Positions 41,041 to 50,236 of a DNA stretch of 57,253 nucleotides are shown in pieces (position 1 is the first letter of the stretch; each line of letters starts with the position of its first letter). The notes under the pieces are model-generated. The model was not told the DNA's origin. It saw nothing but the letters and a program-made list of their open reading frames with translations, and did not search any database. The stretch comes from Alphaproteobacteria bacterium (lineage in GTDB: Bacteria > Myxococcota_A > UBA796 > GCA-2862545). Where the stretch lies: contig JBEIFN010000001.1 in NCBI GenBank assembly GCA_040382435.1, forward strand, positions 1-57,253, given 5' to 3'. Position numbers and translations under genes: made by a program.

Positions 41041-44000
41041 CTAGAGGGCGTCGAGGTCGAGCTGGAGCGCGTCGCCGCCGCTCGTATCCCAGGGCGTGTG
41101 CGCCGCAGGGAGAAGCTCCTTCCACTCCTCACCGGGGGCACCCCACACGACGCGTCCCGCTATTTGGAGGGGACCCGTGAGGCCGAGCGCTTCTCGAGGG
41201 ATGGCGAGCGCGAGCGTGTGGCGGTCGGCGCTGAGAAATAGGTCCTCGCCAGGGGTGAAGCGCAGCACCGCCACGCCGTTGACGTAGACGCCGGGCCACG
41301 GCGCGCCGTCGTCTCCGGCGCCGGGCACCGCCCGCGCGGTGATCGTCACGCTTGGCGTGAACGGGAGCACGGCGGGGGCCGAGACGTTGCCGAAGGTGTA
41401 CGGCAGGCTCGACCCGACGATGTCGAGCCCGCTAGGCGCAAGGTCGAGCATCCAAGGCGCGTAGTCTTCCTCAAAGGCGGGCGAGACGAGCGTGACCCAG
41501 AGCGTGTCGGCGTCGGCCTGGAGGGCGATCGCGCTCCACGGCGCCAGCGTCGCGCCCAGACTTGGCAAAAGCGCGCTGCCACCGAACGCCTCGATGTCGT
41601 CGACGCCGTCGTAGCGGACAGCGGGCTGCGCCGCGGTGCGAGGCGCGTCCAACGCGAGCAGCTTGATCGCGGCGACGTTGACGAAGCTCGAAGGGGCGCT
41701 TCCGCCCCCCGCGCCGCCGGTGTAGCGGGCGAAGTGGGCGAGGGCCGACATGTTTCCGGCGTCGGTGATCGTCACCCGGTAGCGTTCCCCGGCGACGAGG
41801 TGCACGTCGATCGCGGTGCTGTCGTTCCACGTCGACCAACTCCCGCGCTGCACGGCGGTGGCGACGCCGGTGCCGACCATCGTCCCGGCCGCGTCCCAGA
41901 CATCGACCCGCTTGTTCGCGGCGGTCACGCCGGTGTTGACGGGACCCGCGCCGTTCCCGACGACGAGCTGGAGGCGGTACCGGCCCGTGTGAGGGACGCT
42001 CAGCGCCTCGACGCCGAGCGCGTCCGCGGCGGCCCCCCAGTCCATCCAATGGCTGCGGCCGTGGTCCTCGGACCATCGACCCCCGCCCGCTGTACGGACG
42101 ATGCGGCCGGTGGGCAGCGTGACGACGCGGTGCGCATCATCCCCCCACCAACACGCCGCCGGGCTGTGGGGGCTCTCGAGCGGGTGGCCAGCGTAACGGA
42201 CGGCGGTGGCGTAGCAGGGGGTCGCGTCGGCCGCGCCCACGTCGCGCCAGGTCGTCCCGGTCAGGTCGCTGCCGACGAGCACGCCATCTCGGTAGACGTC
42301 GATGACGGTGTCGGCGGCCGTGGGCGCCCAGCTGAGGGTGACGTCGTCGCCCGCGCGTGCGACGCTCGGGGCCTCGGGCCCGGGCGGCGGCCAAAAGTCC
42401 CGAAAGTCGCCGCGGTCTTCGACCAGCGTCAACGTTCCGGCTTCGCCGTCCGTACGCGCTTCGAGCGTGACCACCACCGTGCCGTTGGCGGGGAGGGCGT
42501 CGTAGGCGACAGGCCAGTTGACGGGCACCCCGTCGAGCGTCGCCCCGGCGACCCGGTAGCTTCCCTGCGCACCGGTCGCGGTCGGGAGCGCGAGCTGGAC
42601 GTCGATGCGCTTATCGCGCCACGCGAAAGCCTCCAGCCTGACCTCGGCCGCGCCGCCCAGCCACTGGGTGTGCGTGGCGGGCGTGACGTAGGGCGTCACC
42701 GACAGGCCTTCGGAGGAGACCGCGACGCCGAACACGCCTTGAACGGCCGCGCCGAGGTAGCCGCCGACGCTCCACAGCTGTCGACGCGAGTTGACGACGG
42801 GGCCGGACTCCGCGCCTGCATCCACCCAGTTGCGGCCCGAAAGGAACTCGAAGTTCTCCATGTTGGAGAGGTTGAGGGCTGCGCCGCGCACGAGGCTGTC
42901 GAGGTCGTGGTCGAACACGGCGGCGTTGTCGACCTGCCGCGCCGCGAGGAGATGGTAGGCCGTGACGAACGGCCAGATCGACCGGTTGTGGTAGATCGCG
43001 GTCGACGGTTGCTGCGGCCAGATGACGGGTGGGCCGTGCTTGGTGTGCGGGTACGCGGCGATCGCGGCGGCGGCGTGAGCCGGGCTGAGGACCCCTTCGA
43101 GGGTCGCGAGCGCGACGCCGAGCGCGTCGTAGTGCCGGCCCGATGAAGGGTCGAAGGGGGTCATGCGGTACGACGCGGGCAGGGCATCCTTTTCGACCCA
43201 GAACGCGCCGCACGCGTCGGCGAGCGCGGCTGCGGTCGTGCGGGCTGCGGTCGCCTCGCCGGGATCGGGGGTCAAGCCTGCGAGCACGCGCCACGCGCTG
43301 CTGTGAAGGACGTTGGTGCTCAGGGCCTCGCTGGCGGCGATCGCGGTGGTGTCGGACGCGGTCCACGCGGGGTAGGTTTGCTCCCGCCAGTCGAGAAACG
43401 AGGTCTCTCCTCGCATCCGACCCGTCGCGGGGTCGAGGGCGACCTGGCGGTCGATCGCGGTGGTTGTCTCTAGGGCCTCGCGTGCCTCCTGCGCGAAGGT
43501 CGTGGCCTCGTCGGGTTGCAGGAACGGCAGCACGGCTTCGGCGCCGAGTGCCCACGCCACGCGGTCGGTGGACACGGGCCAGGACCCGCCCGTCCCGGTG
43601 TCTTGGACGATCTGCAGCGGTCCGCCTGCCTTGGGACGGCTCAGCTTGAACCGCAGGCTGTTCGCTGCGCGTGTCGGGTCCAACCAGGCGAGCCCAAGAT
43701 CGACGGCGAACGCCGTGTCGCGCGTCCAAACGTAGGTCCAGCGCTCGCCTGTCTCGAAGCAGTCGCACGCGGTCGCCGCGCCGTTGTCGAAGCCGCCGTC
43801 GGCGATCTGCGAGACGCTGGCCTGGGTCGCGTCGTCGATGGCCATCGCGAACAGGCCATCGAACAGCACGGATCCGGTGCGCAGCCGGGGCCGGTCGGCG
43901 CGCTCGGACAGGGTGCGGGTCCCACCGGCGGGCACGCCGTCCCGTAAGGCGTGCGTGCTCGTCAACGTGTAGGTCCGCAGCGCGCCGTCGACCGCCGTGA

Positions 44001-44181
44001 TCGTGACGTCGCCCCCGTCGAAACGGTGGGTCGAGTCGCCTTCGGAGGGCTGCGGTGTGTCGACGGCGGGGGTGTCCGTTTCGGACGCTGTCGTGTCGGT
44101 CTCTGCGGTGTCGTCGGGTGCGTCTTTGTCGGGCGCGGGGGGCGCGGTCACACACGCGATGAGGGCGAGCCAAAGGGGCAT
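41041..44181 (-). CDS. Six-hairpin glycoside-hydrolase-like lipoprotein (GH15-type motif) with CBM6/35-like beta-sandwich and Ig-like modules
   Basis: GGAGG upstream of ATG 44181. Lipobox LIAC-V plus D/T-rich linker. ERWTYVWTRDTAFAVD resembles the GH15 YxWxRD block. GRYRLQLVVGNGAGPVNTG...GERYRVTI resembles a CBM6/35. Confidence 0.7.
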   Translation of the reverse strand: MPLWLALIACVTAPPAPDKDAPDDTAETDTTASETDTPAVDTPQPSEGDSTHRFDGGDVTITAVDGALRTYTLTSTHALRDGVPAGGTRTLSERADRPRLRTGSVLFDGLFAMAIDDATQASVSQIADGGFDNGAATACDCFETGERWTYVWTRDTAFAVDLGLAWLDPTRAANSLRFKLSRPKAGGPLQIVQDTGTGGSWPVSTDRVAWALGAEAVLPFLQPDEATTFAQEAREALETTTAIDRQVALDPATGRMRGETSFLDWREQTYPAWTASDTTAIAASEALSTNVLHSSAWRVLAGLTPDPGEATAARTTAAALADACGAFWVEKDALPASYRMTPFDPSSGRHYDALGVALATLEGVLSPAHAAAAIAAYPHTKHGPPVIWPQQPSTAIYHNRSIWPFVTAYHLLAARQVDNAAVFDHDLDSLVRGAALNLSNMENFEFLSGRNWVDAGAESGPVVNSRRQLWSVGGYLGAAVQGVFGVAVSSEGLSVTPYVTPATHTQWLGGAAEVRLEAFAWRDKRIDVQLALPTATGAQGSYRVAGATLDGVPVNWPVAYDALPANGTVVVTLEARTDGEAGTLTLVEDRGDFRDFWPPPGPEAPSVARAGDDVTLSWAPTAADTVIDVYRDGVLVGSDLTGTTWRDVGAADATPCYATAVRYAGHPLESPHSPAACWWGDDAHRVVTLPTGRIVRTAGGGRWSEDHGRSHWMDWGAAADALGVEALSVPHTGRYRLQLVVGNGAGPVNTGVTAANKRVDVWDAAGTMVGTGVATAVQRGSWSTWNDSTAIDVHLVAGERYRVTITDAGNMSALAHFARYTGGAGGGSAPSSFVNVAAIKLLALDAPRTAAQPAVRYDGVDDIEAFGGSALLPSLGATLAPWSAIALQADADTLWVTLVSPAFEEDYAPWMLDLAPSGLDIVGSSLPYTFGNVSAPAVLPFTPSVTITARAVPGAGDDGAPWPGVYVNGVAVLRFTPGEDLFLSADRHTLALAIPREALGLTGPLQIAGRVVWGAPGEEWKELLPAAHTPWDTSGGDALQLDLDAL

Positions 44182-44248
44182 GCGGCCTCCGAGTCGGCAT
44201 CGTACCGCGCGCGGCGGGCGCGTGGTGGCGGCCGGGCGTGAAACGTCG

Positions 44249-45787
44249 TCAAGGACCCGAGAGGCCGGGCAGCAGCGCGCCTTCGAAGCGCCACCCGTCG
44301 GCGCTCGCCGTGAGCCGCGCCGCGCGTGAGGGGCCTTGGCATCGCGGGTGTGTCGCGAGGTCGATCACGAGCGCGCCGTCGATCGTCGTCCAGACGATCC
44401 CGGTGTCGTGGCCACAACCGTCGGCGCTGTTGTGGACGGCGACGAACGAGACCTCGCGTCGAGGGCCAGCCTCGCCGAGCTGCAACGTCAGGCGTGCTTG
44501 CCCGTCGATCGCGAGGCCGAGGGTGAGGGTGGCGGCGTCGGCTTGGGGGGCGATGAGCGACCACGACGGGAGCGTCGTCGGGGTCGCGTCGTCGGGCGGT
44601 GGGCCGGGGACCATCGCGGCGTCCAGCCAGGCGCTGCCGTCGTCGGCATGGTCGGGTCGCAGGCGCAGGGTGAGCGGCTCGGGGGCGGCGAGCGCTGTGC
44701 GACGTTCCAACACGTCGGCGCGGCGTCGTGCCGTGGCGGCGATCGGCAGGGTGGCAAAGCGGTCCGCGAGCGCGCGCCACGCGGCAGCCGTGCCGGCGGC
44801 GGTCGCCGAGGCGGTCGCGCGCTCGAGCAGCTTGGCCTCGATCGCCGTGCGGTGCGGGCTGGACGGGTCCTTGACGAGCAGCTCGGCGTAGGCCGTCTCG
44901 GTGTCGACGCGCGGGGCGGCCGCCCACCACAGGGCCGAACGCCGGGAGGCGGCGTCGGCGGCGCGGGGGTGGTCCGGGAAGCGTCGGAGCAGGTCGCTCC
45001 ACGCCTCGGGCGTGTTCTGCGCGGCGGCTTCCGTCCACGTCAGCACCGCCTCGATCTCGGCCAAGGCGGGCTCGCACGGCAAGGCGGGGTAGCGCGCACG
45101 CAGCGCGGCCAGTCCGGTCAGCGAGGGGGGGGTCTCCGGCGAGAGCCACGCGTTGCACCCCGCGCGTGCGGCACCCTCGCGTGCCGCCGCGGCAAACGGC
45201 CCGTCGGGCGCGGCAGCGAGGTAGTTCTGCCAGGCCTCTTCGGTGTCGACGCTCGCCGTGCGCCGAAACAGCGCCTCGTCCTTGCGTGGATGTTGTGGGT
45301 ATTCGGTCAGCAGCGTGTCCCAGCTCGCCGGGGCGTCGTCGTGCTCGGCCGCGGCCCACACCAGCGCGTGCTCGTGGGCGAGCAGCGCGTCCGCGCAGGG
45401 CGTTCCCGGTAGTTCGCGCCGCAGCTCGCGGGCGACGCGGACGTTGCGCGCTTGGAGGACAGCGGGGCACCTGAGCTGCCCCTCGGCGTCGCGGGACGCT
45501 GCGACGAATGCGCCGGCTGGGTGCAGGGCGCGGTAGGTCTGGTAGGCCTCGGGCGTGTTGGCGCGGGTCGCGCGCGCCCATCGCGCGGCGTCGAGCCAGT
45601 GCGCGACGTCTTGCGCGTCGGGCTCGCCTTCGTGGGCCTTAAGCCAGCGTACCGCCCATGCCTCGGCGGCATCATCGCCTTTGCTCGCGGCGAGCGCGCG
45701 GAGGGTCTCGAGCGGGGTGGTCGCTGCGTTCGCCGTGGAGAGGGCGAGCAGACAGGCGAGAAGGGGGCCGAGCCAGGTGGTGCGCAT
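44249..45787 (-). CDS. Secreted hypothetical protein with repeated helical 'TPEAW..(Y/F)P.HP' units
   Basis: ATG 45787 with signal peptide (LLACLLALSTANA-A). At least five degenerate repeats (NTPEAYQTYRALHPAG, ASWDTLLTEYPQHPRKD, TEEAWQNYLAAAPDG, NTPEAWSDLLRRFPDHPRA, TETAYAELLVKDPSSPHR). The track start at 46354 is rejected. Confidence 0.65.
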   Translation of the reverse strand: MRTTWLGPLLACLLALSTANAATTPLETLRALAASKGDDAAEAWAVRWLKAHEGEPDAQDVAHWLDAARWARATRANTPEAYQTYRALHPAGAFVAASRDAEGQLRCPAVLQARNVRVARELRRELPGTPCADALLAHEHALVWAAAEHDDAPASWDTLLTEYPQHPRKDEALFRRTASVDTEEAWQNYLAAAPDGPFAAAAREGAARAGCNAWLSPETPPSLTGLAALRARYPALPCEPALAEIEAVLTWTEAAAQNTPEAWSDLLRRFPDHPRAADAASRRSALWWAAAPRVDTETAYAELLVKDPSSPHRTAIEAKLLERATASATAAGTAAAWRALADRFATLPIAATARRRADVLERRTALAAPEPLTLRLRPDHADDGSAWLDAAMVPGPPPDDATPTTLPSWSLIAPQADAATLTLGLAIDGQARLTLQLGEAGPRREVSFVAVHNSADGCGHDTGIVWTTIDGALVIDLATHPRCQGPSRAARLTASADGWRFEGALLPGLSGP

Positions 45788-45887
45788 GTCGTCCGCTAAC
45801 GCGCCGCACAGGTAGCGCCGTCCCGCGGCAGACGGCGGCGGGCGGTGGGGGACGGCGCCGGTTACGGGCCCGTCGCTGGGAGGGTGC

Positions 45888-46397
45888 ATGCGCGCTTGGA
45901 TGCTGATCGCAGGGCTTGGGGTCTCCTTGGCGGCTTGCGGGGCGACGGCGGGTGCGTCGGAGGGGATCGACGGCGAGGCAGCCGGCGGCAAGGCCGCCAA
46001 GGCTTTGTGGTCCACCTTCGGCGACAAGTTCGACGCGTCGGCGCCGGTGGTGCCGATCAAGGACGTCCTTGACGCGCCGGCGAACTTCGTCGGTAAGCCG
46101 TTGACCGTGCAGGGCACGGTCGCAGACGTCTGCCAGAAAGCGGGCTGCTGGATGGTCCTTGGCGACGGGGCGCGGACCCTTCGCGTCCGGATGGCCGACC
46201 ACGCGTTCAGCGTCGAGAAGCAGGGGACCGGCTGGACGGCCCAGGTGCAAGGTGAGGTCGTCGCCAAGCCGCTCGACGCCGCGATGGTCGAGCACCTGCG
46301 TTCGGAGTCCGGCAAGCCCGAAGCGATGCCCGAGGTGGCGGCGACGGGGGGCACCGTCTACGAGCTGGTCGCGACCGCGGTCCGCATGAAGCCGTGA
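45888..46397 (+). CDS. DUF4920-family lipoprotein
   Basis: Lipobox LAAC-G. GKPLTVQGTVADVCQKAGCWMVL is the DUF4920 core. Confidence 0.8.
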   Translation: MRAWMLIAGLGVSLAACGATAGASEGIDGEAAGGKAAKALWSTFGDKFDASAPVVPIKDVLDAPANFVGKPLTVQGTVADVCQKAGCWMVLGDGARTLRVRMADHAFSVEKQGTGWTAQVQGEVVAKPLDAAMVEHLRSESGKPEAMPEVAATGGTVYELVATAVRMKP

Positions 46398-47734
46398 GCG
46401 CGGCGTCGCCGTCGTGGCGGGCCGAGGTGCCAGGCCTCGTAGAGATCGCGGGGCCCGTGATCGTCGCCCAAGTGGGCCTGATGCTGATGCACACCGTGGA
46501 CGCCTACGTGGTCGGTGGTCTCGGCAGTGAGGCGTTGGCCGCGATGTCGGTGGCGAGTACGTGGTGCCTTGGCTGGATCGTGTTTGGTCAGGGCGCTGCG
46601 GCGGGTCTCGACCCGTTGCTCAGCCAAGCCGTGGGGGCCGGGTCCGAGGACGATCGAGGGGCGGCGCTCGCAGGCGGTCTTGGCTGGCTGATGTTGCTGT
46701 CGGTGCCGGTCGTGCTCGGTCATGTGCTCGCGGCCCAGGGCCTGGCGGCGCTCGGACAGCATCCGGAGATCATCGCCCCTGCCGCGGCGTTTTCTCGCGC
46801 GCTCTCGCCATCCGTGCCGGCGCTGTTCTTGTTTCAGTGGGTGCGGACGGGCCTTCAGAGCCGTGGCGTGACGGCGCCGGTGCTCGTCGCGGTGGCGATC
46901 GGCAACGTCCTCAACCTCGCGCTGTGCCTGTGGTTTGTCCGCGGCCTTGGCTGGGGGGCGGTGGGCGCTGGCGCGGCCACGACCTTCGTCCGCTGGGCGA
47001 TGCTGCTCGCGTTGTTGCCGCTGGCTCAGCCTGAGCTGCGCGCTTGGTGGCGGCATCGCCGTTCGACGTTGGCGCCGCAGGTCCTCGGCGCTGTGGGCCG
47101 GGTGGCGCTTCCGACGAGCGTGCAGATCGCAACCGAAGTCTGGGCGTTCAACGCGGGTACCTTTATCGTGGGCTGGCTCGGTCCAGCGGCGTCGGCGGCG
47201 CACGCGGTCGCGCTCCACCTCTCGAGCCTCTCGTTCATGGTGCCGCTCTCGCTCGGATCGGCGGCGGCCACCCGTGTGGGGCAGCGCGTCGGGCGAGGCG
47301 GGCCGTGGGCGCCGATCGCGGGCGCAGCCCTGCGCCTTGCGGCTGGCTGGGCCTTGGTCGGCTCGCTCGTGTTCGCGCTCGCGCGTGCCCCTTTGGCGGG
47401 CTTGTTTCTGCCCGAGGCGGACGAAGCGTTCGGGCTGGCGGTGGCGTTGCTACCGTTTGCGGCCGCGTTTCAGCTCGCCGACGGGATGCAGGCGGTGTTG
47501 TTCGGTGTGTTGCGCGGCGCAGGCGACACGCGGCGTCCGATGCTCGCCAACCTTGTGGGCTACTGGGGGTTGGGGCTTCCGTTGGGGGCTTGGTGGTCGT
47601 CGCGCTCGGGCACGCCGCAGGGCCTGTGGTCCGGTTTGGTGCTCGCGCTCGTGGTCATCGCGGTCGTCCTCGCAGGCCGGCTCCGTTCCGTCTTGCTCAC
47701 CGGCGCGGTCCGCGTGCGGGTGGAGGACGGTTGA
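46394..47734 (+). CDS. MATE-family efflux transporter
   Basis: GTG 46394 overlaps the upstream TGA (GTGA). 12-TM protein with MATE blocks (AGPVIVAQVGLMLMHTVDAYVVGGLG, RGAGDTRRPM). Confidence 0.9.
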   Translation: MSAASPSWRAEVPGLVEIAGPVIVAQVGLMLMHTVDAYVVGGLGSEALAAMSVASTWCLGWIVFGQGAAAGLDPLLSQAVGAGSEDDRGAALAGGLGWLMLLSVPVVLGHVLAAQGLAALGQHPEIIAPAAAFSRALSPSVPALFLFQWVRTGLQSRGVTAPVLVAVAIGNVLNLALCLWFVRGLGWGAVGAGAATTFVRWAMLLALLPLAQPELRAWWRHRRSTLAPQVLGAVGRVALPTSVQIATEVWAFNAGTFIVGWLGPAASAAHAVALHLSSLSFMVPLSLGSAAATRVGQRVGRGGPWAPIAGAALRLAAGWALVGSLVFALARAPLAGLFLPEADEAFGLAVALLPFAAAFQLADGMQAVLFGVLRGAGDTRRPMLANLVGYWGLGLPLGAWWSSRSGTPQGLWSGLVLALVVIAVVLAGRLRSVLLTGAVRVRVEDG

Positions 47735-48567
47735 TCTGGTTGGACGAGCACAACAGTCCGTCTGGCGACCTGTGCGGGTCCGCGGACAACCGCGCGCACC
47801 GCGACTGGTTGCTCGCCTCTTCACCGCGCACCGGCAGCACGTGGCTCGGGCGGTTGCTCAGCGAGCCGGGTGATGTGGGGCAGCCCAAGGAGTGGCTCAA
47901 CGGCATGCAGCTGCGCGACCTGACGGTGCGCTTTGGCACAACAGCGCTCTCGCGGTGGGGAGCGTCGCTGCTCGGGGCGCGCACCGCGCCCTTGTTGCTC
48001 CGTCTCCCGTGGACCGATGCGGCCTTGGATGCCTACCTTTGCCGGGTGCGTGCGGTGCGGACGTCGCCGACGGGTTGGTTCGCGCTCAAGCTCCACGCGC
48101 ACCATCGCCGTCGCTGGTTCGATGCCGCAGACAGGAGGTTCGAGGATTGGTTCTCGCCGCGTCTGGTGGTGGCCCTTCATCGTCGCGACACCGTCGCGCA
48201 AGCCGTGAGCTGGGCGCGCGCCATCCAGTCGGGCGCTTGGGCGTCGCACCAGCCCGGCCACGCCGCTCCACGCTACGACGCACGCCAGATCGGCCTGTGT
48301 CTGCGGGACATCGAACGCGATCAGGCTGACTGGCGCGCTTGGCTCGATGCACGTCCTGCCGTGCCGCGGTTGTTCGTGGCGTATGAAGACCTCGTCGCCG
48401 ATGCGCCGGCGGTCGTGGCGCGCGTTCGGGAGGGGTTGGGGGTTGCGCCTCGGGACGGTCCTGTCCCCGACGTTGGCTTGGTCCGCCAGGCTGACGAGGT
48501 GTCGCTCGCCTGGGCGCAGCGCTTTGGGGCCGAACACGCCGGTCTCGGCGTCGGGGCGGGTCGCTAG
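47731..48567 (+). CDS. Stf0-family sulfotransferase
   Basis: No in-frame ATG lies upstream of the PAPS-binding loop, so TTG 47731 (TTGA overlap with the MATE stop) or TTG 47740 is needed. LLASSPRTGSTWLGRLL is the 5'-PSB loop, and HRRDTVAQAVSW the 3'-PB-type block. Confidence 0.75.
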   Translation: MIWLDEHNSPSGDLCGSADNRAHRDWLLASSPRTGSTWLGRLLSEPGDVGQPKEWLNGMQLRDLTVRFGTTALSRWGASLLGARTAPLLLRLPWTDAALDAYLCRVRAVRTSPTGWFALKLHAHHRRRWFDAADRRFEDWFSPRLVVALHRRDTVAQAVSWARAIQSGAWASHQPGHAAPRYDARQIGLCLRDIERDQADWRAWLDARPAVPRLFVAYEDLVADAPAVVARVREGLGVAPRDGPVPDVGLVRQADEVSLAWAQRFGAEHAGLGVGAGR

Positions 48568-49274
48568 CGCGTGAGCGCGGGTTGGAGCGCGTCCGTCCAA
48601 GGTCCGAGGGCGGGGCGCGCGGTGGCGCCGTCGACCAGTGCTGCGAGGCGATCGAGGAACTCGGCGCGAGGCACGGTCTCGGCACCGAAGCGGGTGAGAT
48701 GCGGTGTCGTCATCTGGGCATCGACGAGCGCAAAGCCCCACGCTTGGAGGTGGCGCACCAGCGTGACGAAGGCGACCTTCGAGGCGTCGTCGGCGTCGGC
48801 GAACATGCTCTCGCCGCAGAACACGCCGCCGACGGCGACGCCGTAGAGTCCTCCGACGAGCACGCCGTCGCGCCACGCCTCGACGCTGTGCGCAGCACCC
48901 GCCGCGTGCAGCGCGACGTAGGCCTCAATGACGGCTGGCGTGATCCACGTGTCGGACTGGCCGGGCCGGGCCACCGCGGCGCAACGGGTCACCACCGCTT
49001 CGAAGGCGGTGTCGAAGCGGATCTCGTAGTCGCCACGCCGCATCCGCTTGCTGAGGCTTCTCGGGATGCGCAGCTGGTGGACGTCGAGGACGCAGCGGGG
49101 ATCGAGCGACCACCACAGGATGGGTTCACCGGCGGAGAACCACGGGAAGATGCCGCGCCGGTAGGCCGCGAGCAGCCGTGAGACCGACAGGTCACCGCCG
49201 ATCGCCAGCGGGCGGTGACCGGGTGCGCCGCGCGGATCGGGGAACGTCGTGTCACGACCCAGACGAACCAGCAA
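48564..49274 (-). CDS. aat: Leucyl/phenylalanyl-tRNA--protein transferase
   Basis: Collinear with E. coli Aat (LLAAYRRGIFPWF, ILWWSLDPR, GGLYGVAVGGVFCGESMF). Preferred start is TTG 49274 (GGAGG 4 nt upstream), which gives MLVRLGRD, like E. coli MRLVQLSR. ATG 49322 is the alternative. Confidence 0.9.
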   Translation of the reverse strand: MLVRLGRDTTFPDPRGAPGHRPLAIGGDLSVSRLLAAYRRGIFPWFSAGEPILWWSLDPRCVLDVHQLRIPRSLSKRMRRGDYEIRFDTAFEAVVTRCAAVARPGQSDTWITPAVIEAYVALHAAGAAHSVEAWRDGVLVGGLYGVAVGGVFCGESMFADADDASKVAFVTLVRHLQAWGFALVDAQMTTPHLTRFGAETVPRAEFLDRLAALVDGATARPALGPWTDALQPALTR

Positions 49275-49320
49275 GGCGCCTCCGGGTCGTGCTATATCCG
49301 GCGCTGACGAGGAGGCGTGC

Positions 49321-50160
49321 ATGCGCTGGACGATGGTCACTTGGGTGGTGGGGATGGCTTCGATGGCGGGCTGCGGGATGCTGCCTGACGAGAACAACGA
49401 CACCGCAGACACCGGCGACAGCGCCAATATCGACTCCGCGTTGCCCGAGGACACCGGCGGCACGCCCGAGGAGACCGACCCGGTGGAGCTGCCGTCGCTT
49501 CGCGTGACGGTGCGCGACGTGGCCCAGGTCATCCTCACCGAGGGCGTCAACGTTCAGTACTGCCGCACCGGGACCTGCTTTCGCCCCACGCGCGACGGCG
49601 ACACCTTCGCCTTCTTCGGCCTCGGCCCCGGGACGGGCTCGCTCGAAGTGATCGACGCGCGCCCGATGGCCGATCGTGCCACCGTGTTCGCGCCGATCGT
49701 GCTCGGCGACACGCCGCGCGAGTTGTCGGTGGAGCAGCCCACCGTCTCGGCGCAGGCGATCTTGCCCGCCCAGCGGGAGGAGCTCGAGCTGGGCAACCTG
49801 CTGATCACCGTTGGAGCTGGTGAATTGACGCCGGCGGACGCGTTCACCGAGCCGTCGATCGACATCAGCGCGACGCTGGCGACCTCGGTGGCGCTCCCGA
49901 TCGAGAACGGTCCGACCAGCGAGTTGGTGGCGCTGTGGTACATGAACCCGTTCAACCACACCAACGTCAACCCGATGCCGATCCGGTTCATGAACGCTTG
50001 GGGCGCGGTCGACGGTCAGCTGTCGCTGTGGCAGGCGAACTACGGCTCCTCCGACTGGACGCGGCTCGGCGACCTCGTCGTGGACGGCGAGGGCTACCTC
50101 GTGCCGCAGGGGATCGCGGGCATCTACACGATCAGCACGCTGGCGGTCTTTCGCAACTGA
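49321..50160 (+). CDS. Hypothetical lipoprotein
   Basis: GGAGG 6 nt upstream of ATG 49321. Lipobox MAGC-G, D/T-rich linker, beta-rich remainder. No family recognised. Confidence 0.6.
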   Translation: MRWTMVTWVVGMASMAGCGMLPDENNDTADTGDSANIDSALPEDTGGTPEETDPVELPSLRVTVRDVAQVILTEGVNVQYCRTGTCFRPTRDGDTFAFFGLGPGTGSLEVIDARPMADRATVFAPIVLGDTPRELSVEQPTVSAQAILPAQREELELGNLLITVGAGELTPADAFTEPSIDISATLATSVALPIENGPTSELVALWYMNPFNHTNVNPMPIRFMNAWGAVDGQLSLWQANYGSSDWTRLGDLVVDGEGYLVPQGIAGIYTISTLAVFRN

Positions 50161-50173
50161 GGTCGGCCGGTGA

Positions 50174-50201
50174 GGGTCGGGCGCGTCGCGCTGCCCGACC
50201 C
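50174..50201. terminator. Strong hairpin in the convergent intergenic gap (candidate bidirectional terminator)
   Basis: GGGTCGGGC-gcgtcgcgct-GCCCGACCC forms a perfect 9-bp G/C stem. No obvious U tract. Confidence 0.5.
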
Positions 50202-50236
50202 CTCGTCGCATGCCCCGGGGGGCGCTCGTGAAGAGA

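Noticed and set aside
49274-49323. An aat start at ATG 49322, sharing a CATG with the divergent lipoprotein start at 49321.
   Set aside because: TTG 49274 has a GGAGG 4 nt upstream and gives an N-terminus (MLVRLGRD...) aligned with E. coli Aat (MRLVQLSR...). The extra 16 residues from ATG 49322 have no counterpart and would remove all intergenic DNA. ATG 49322 is kept only as an alternative.
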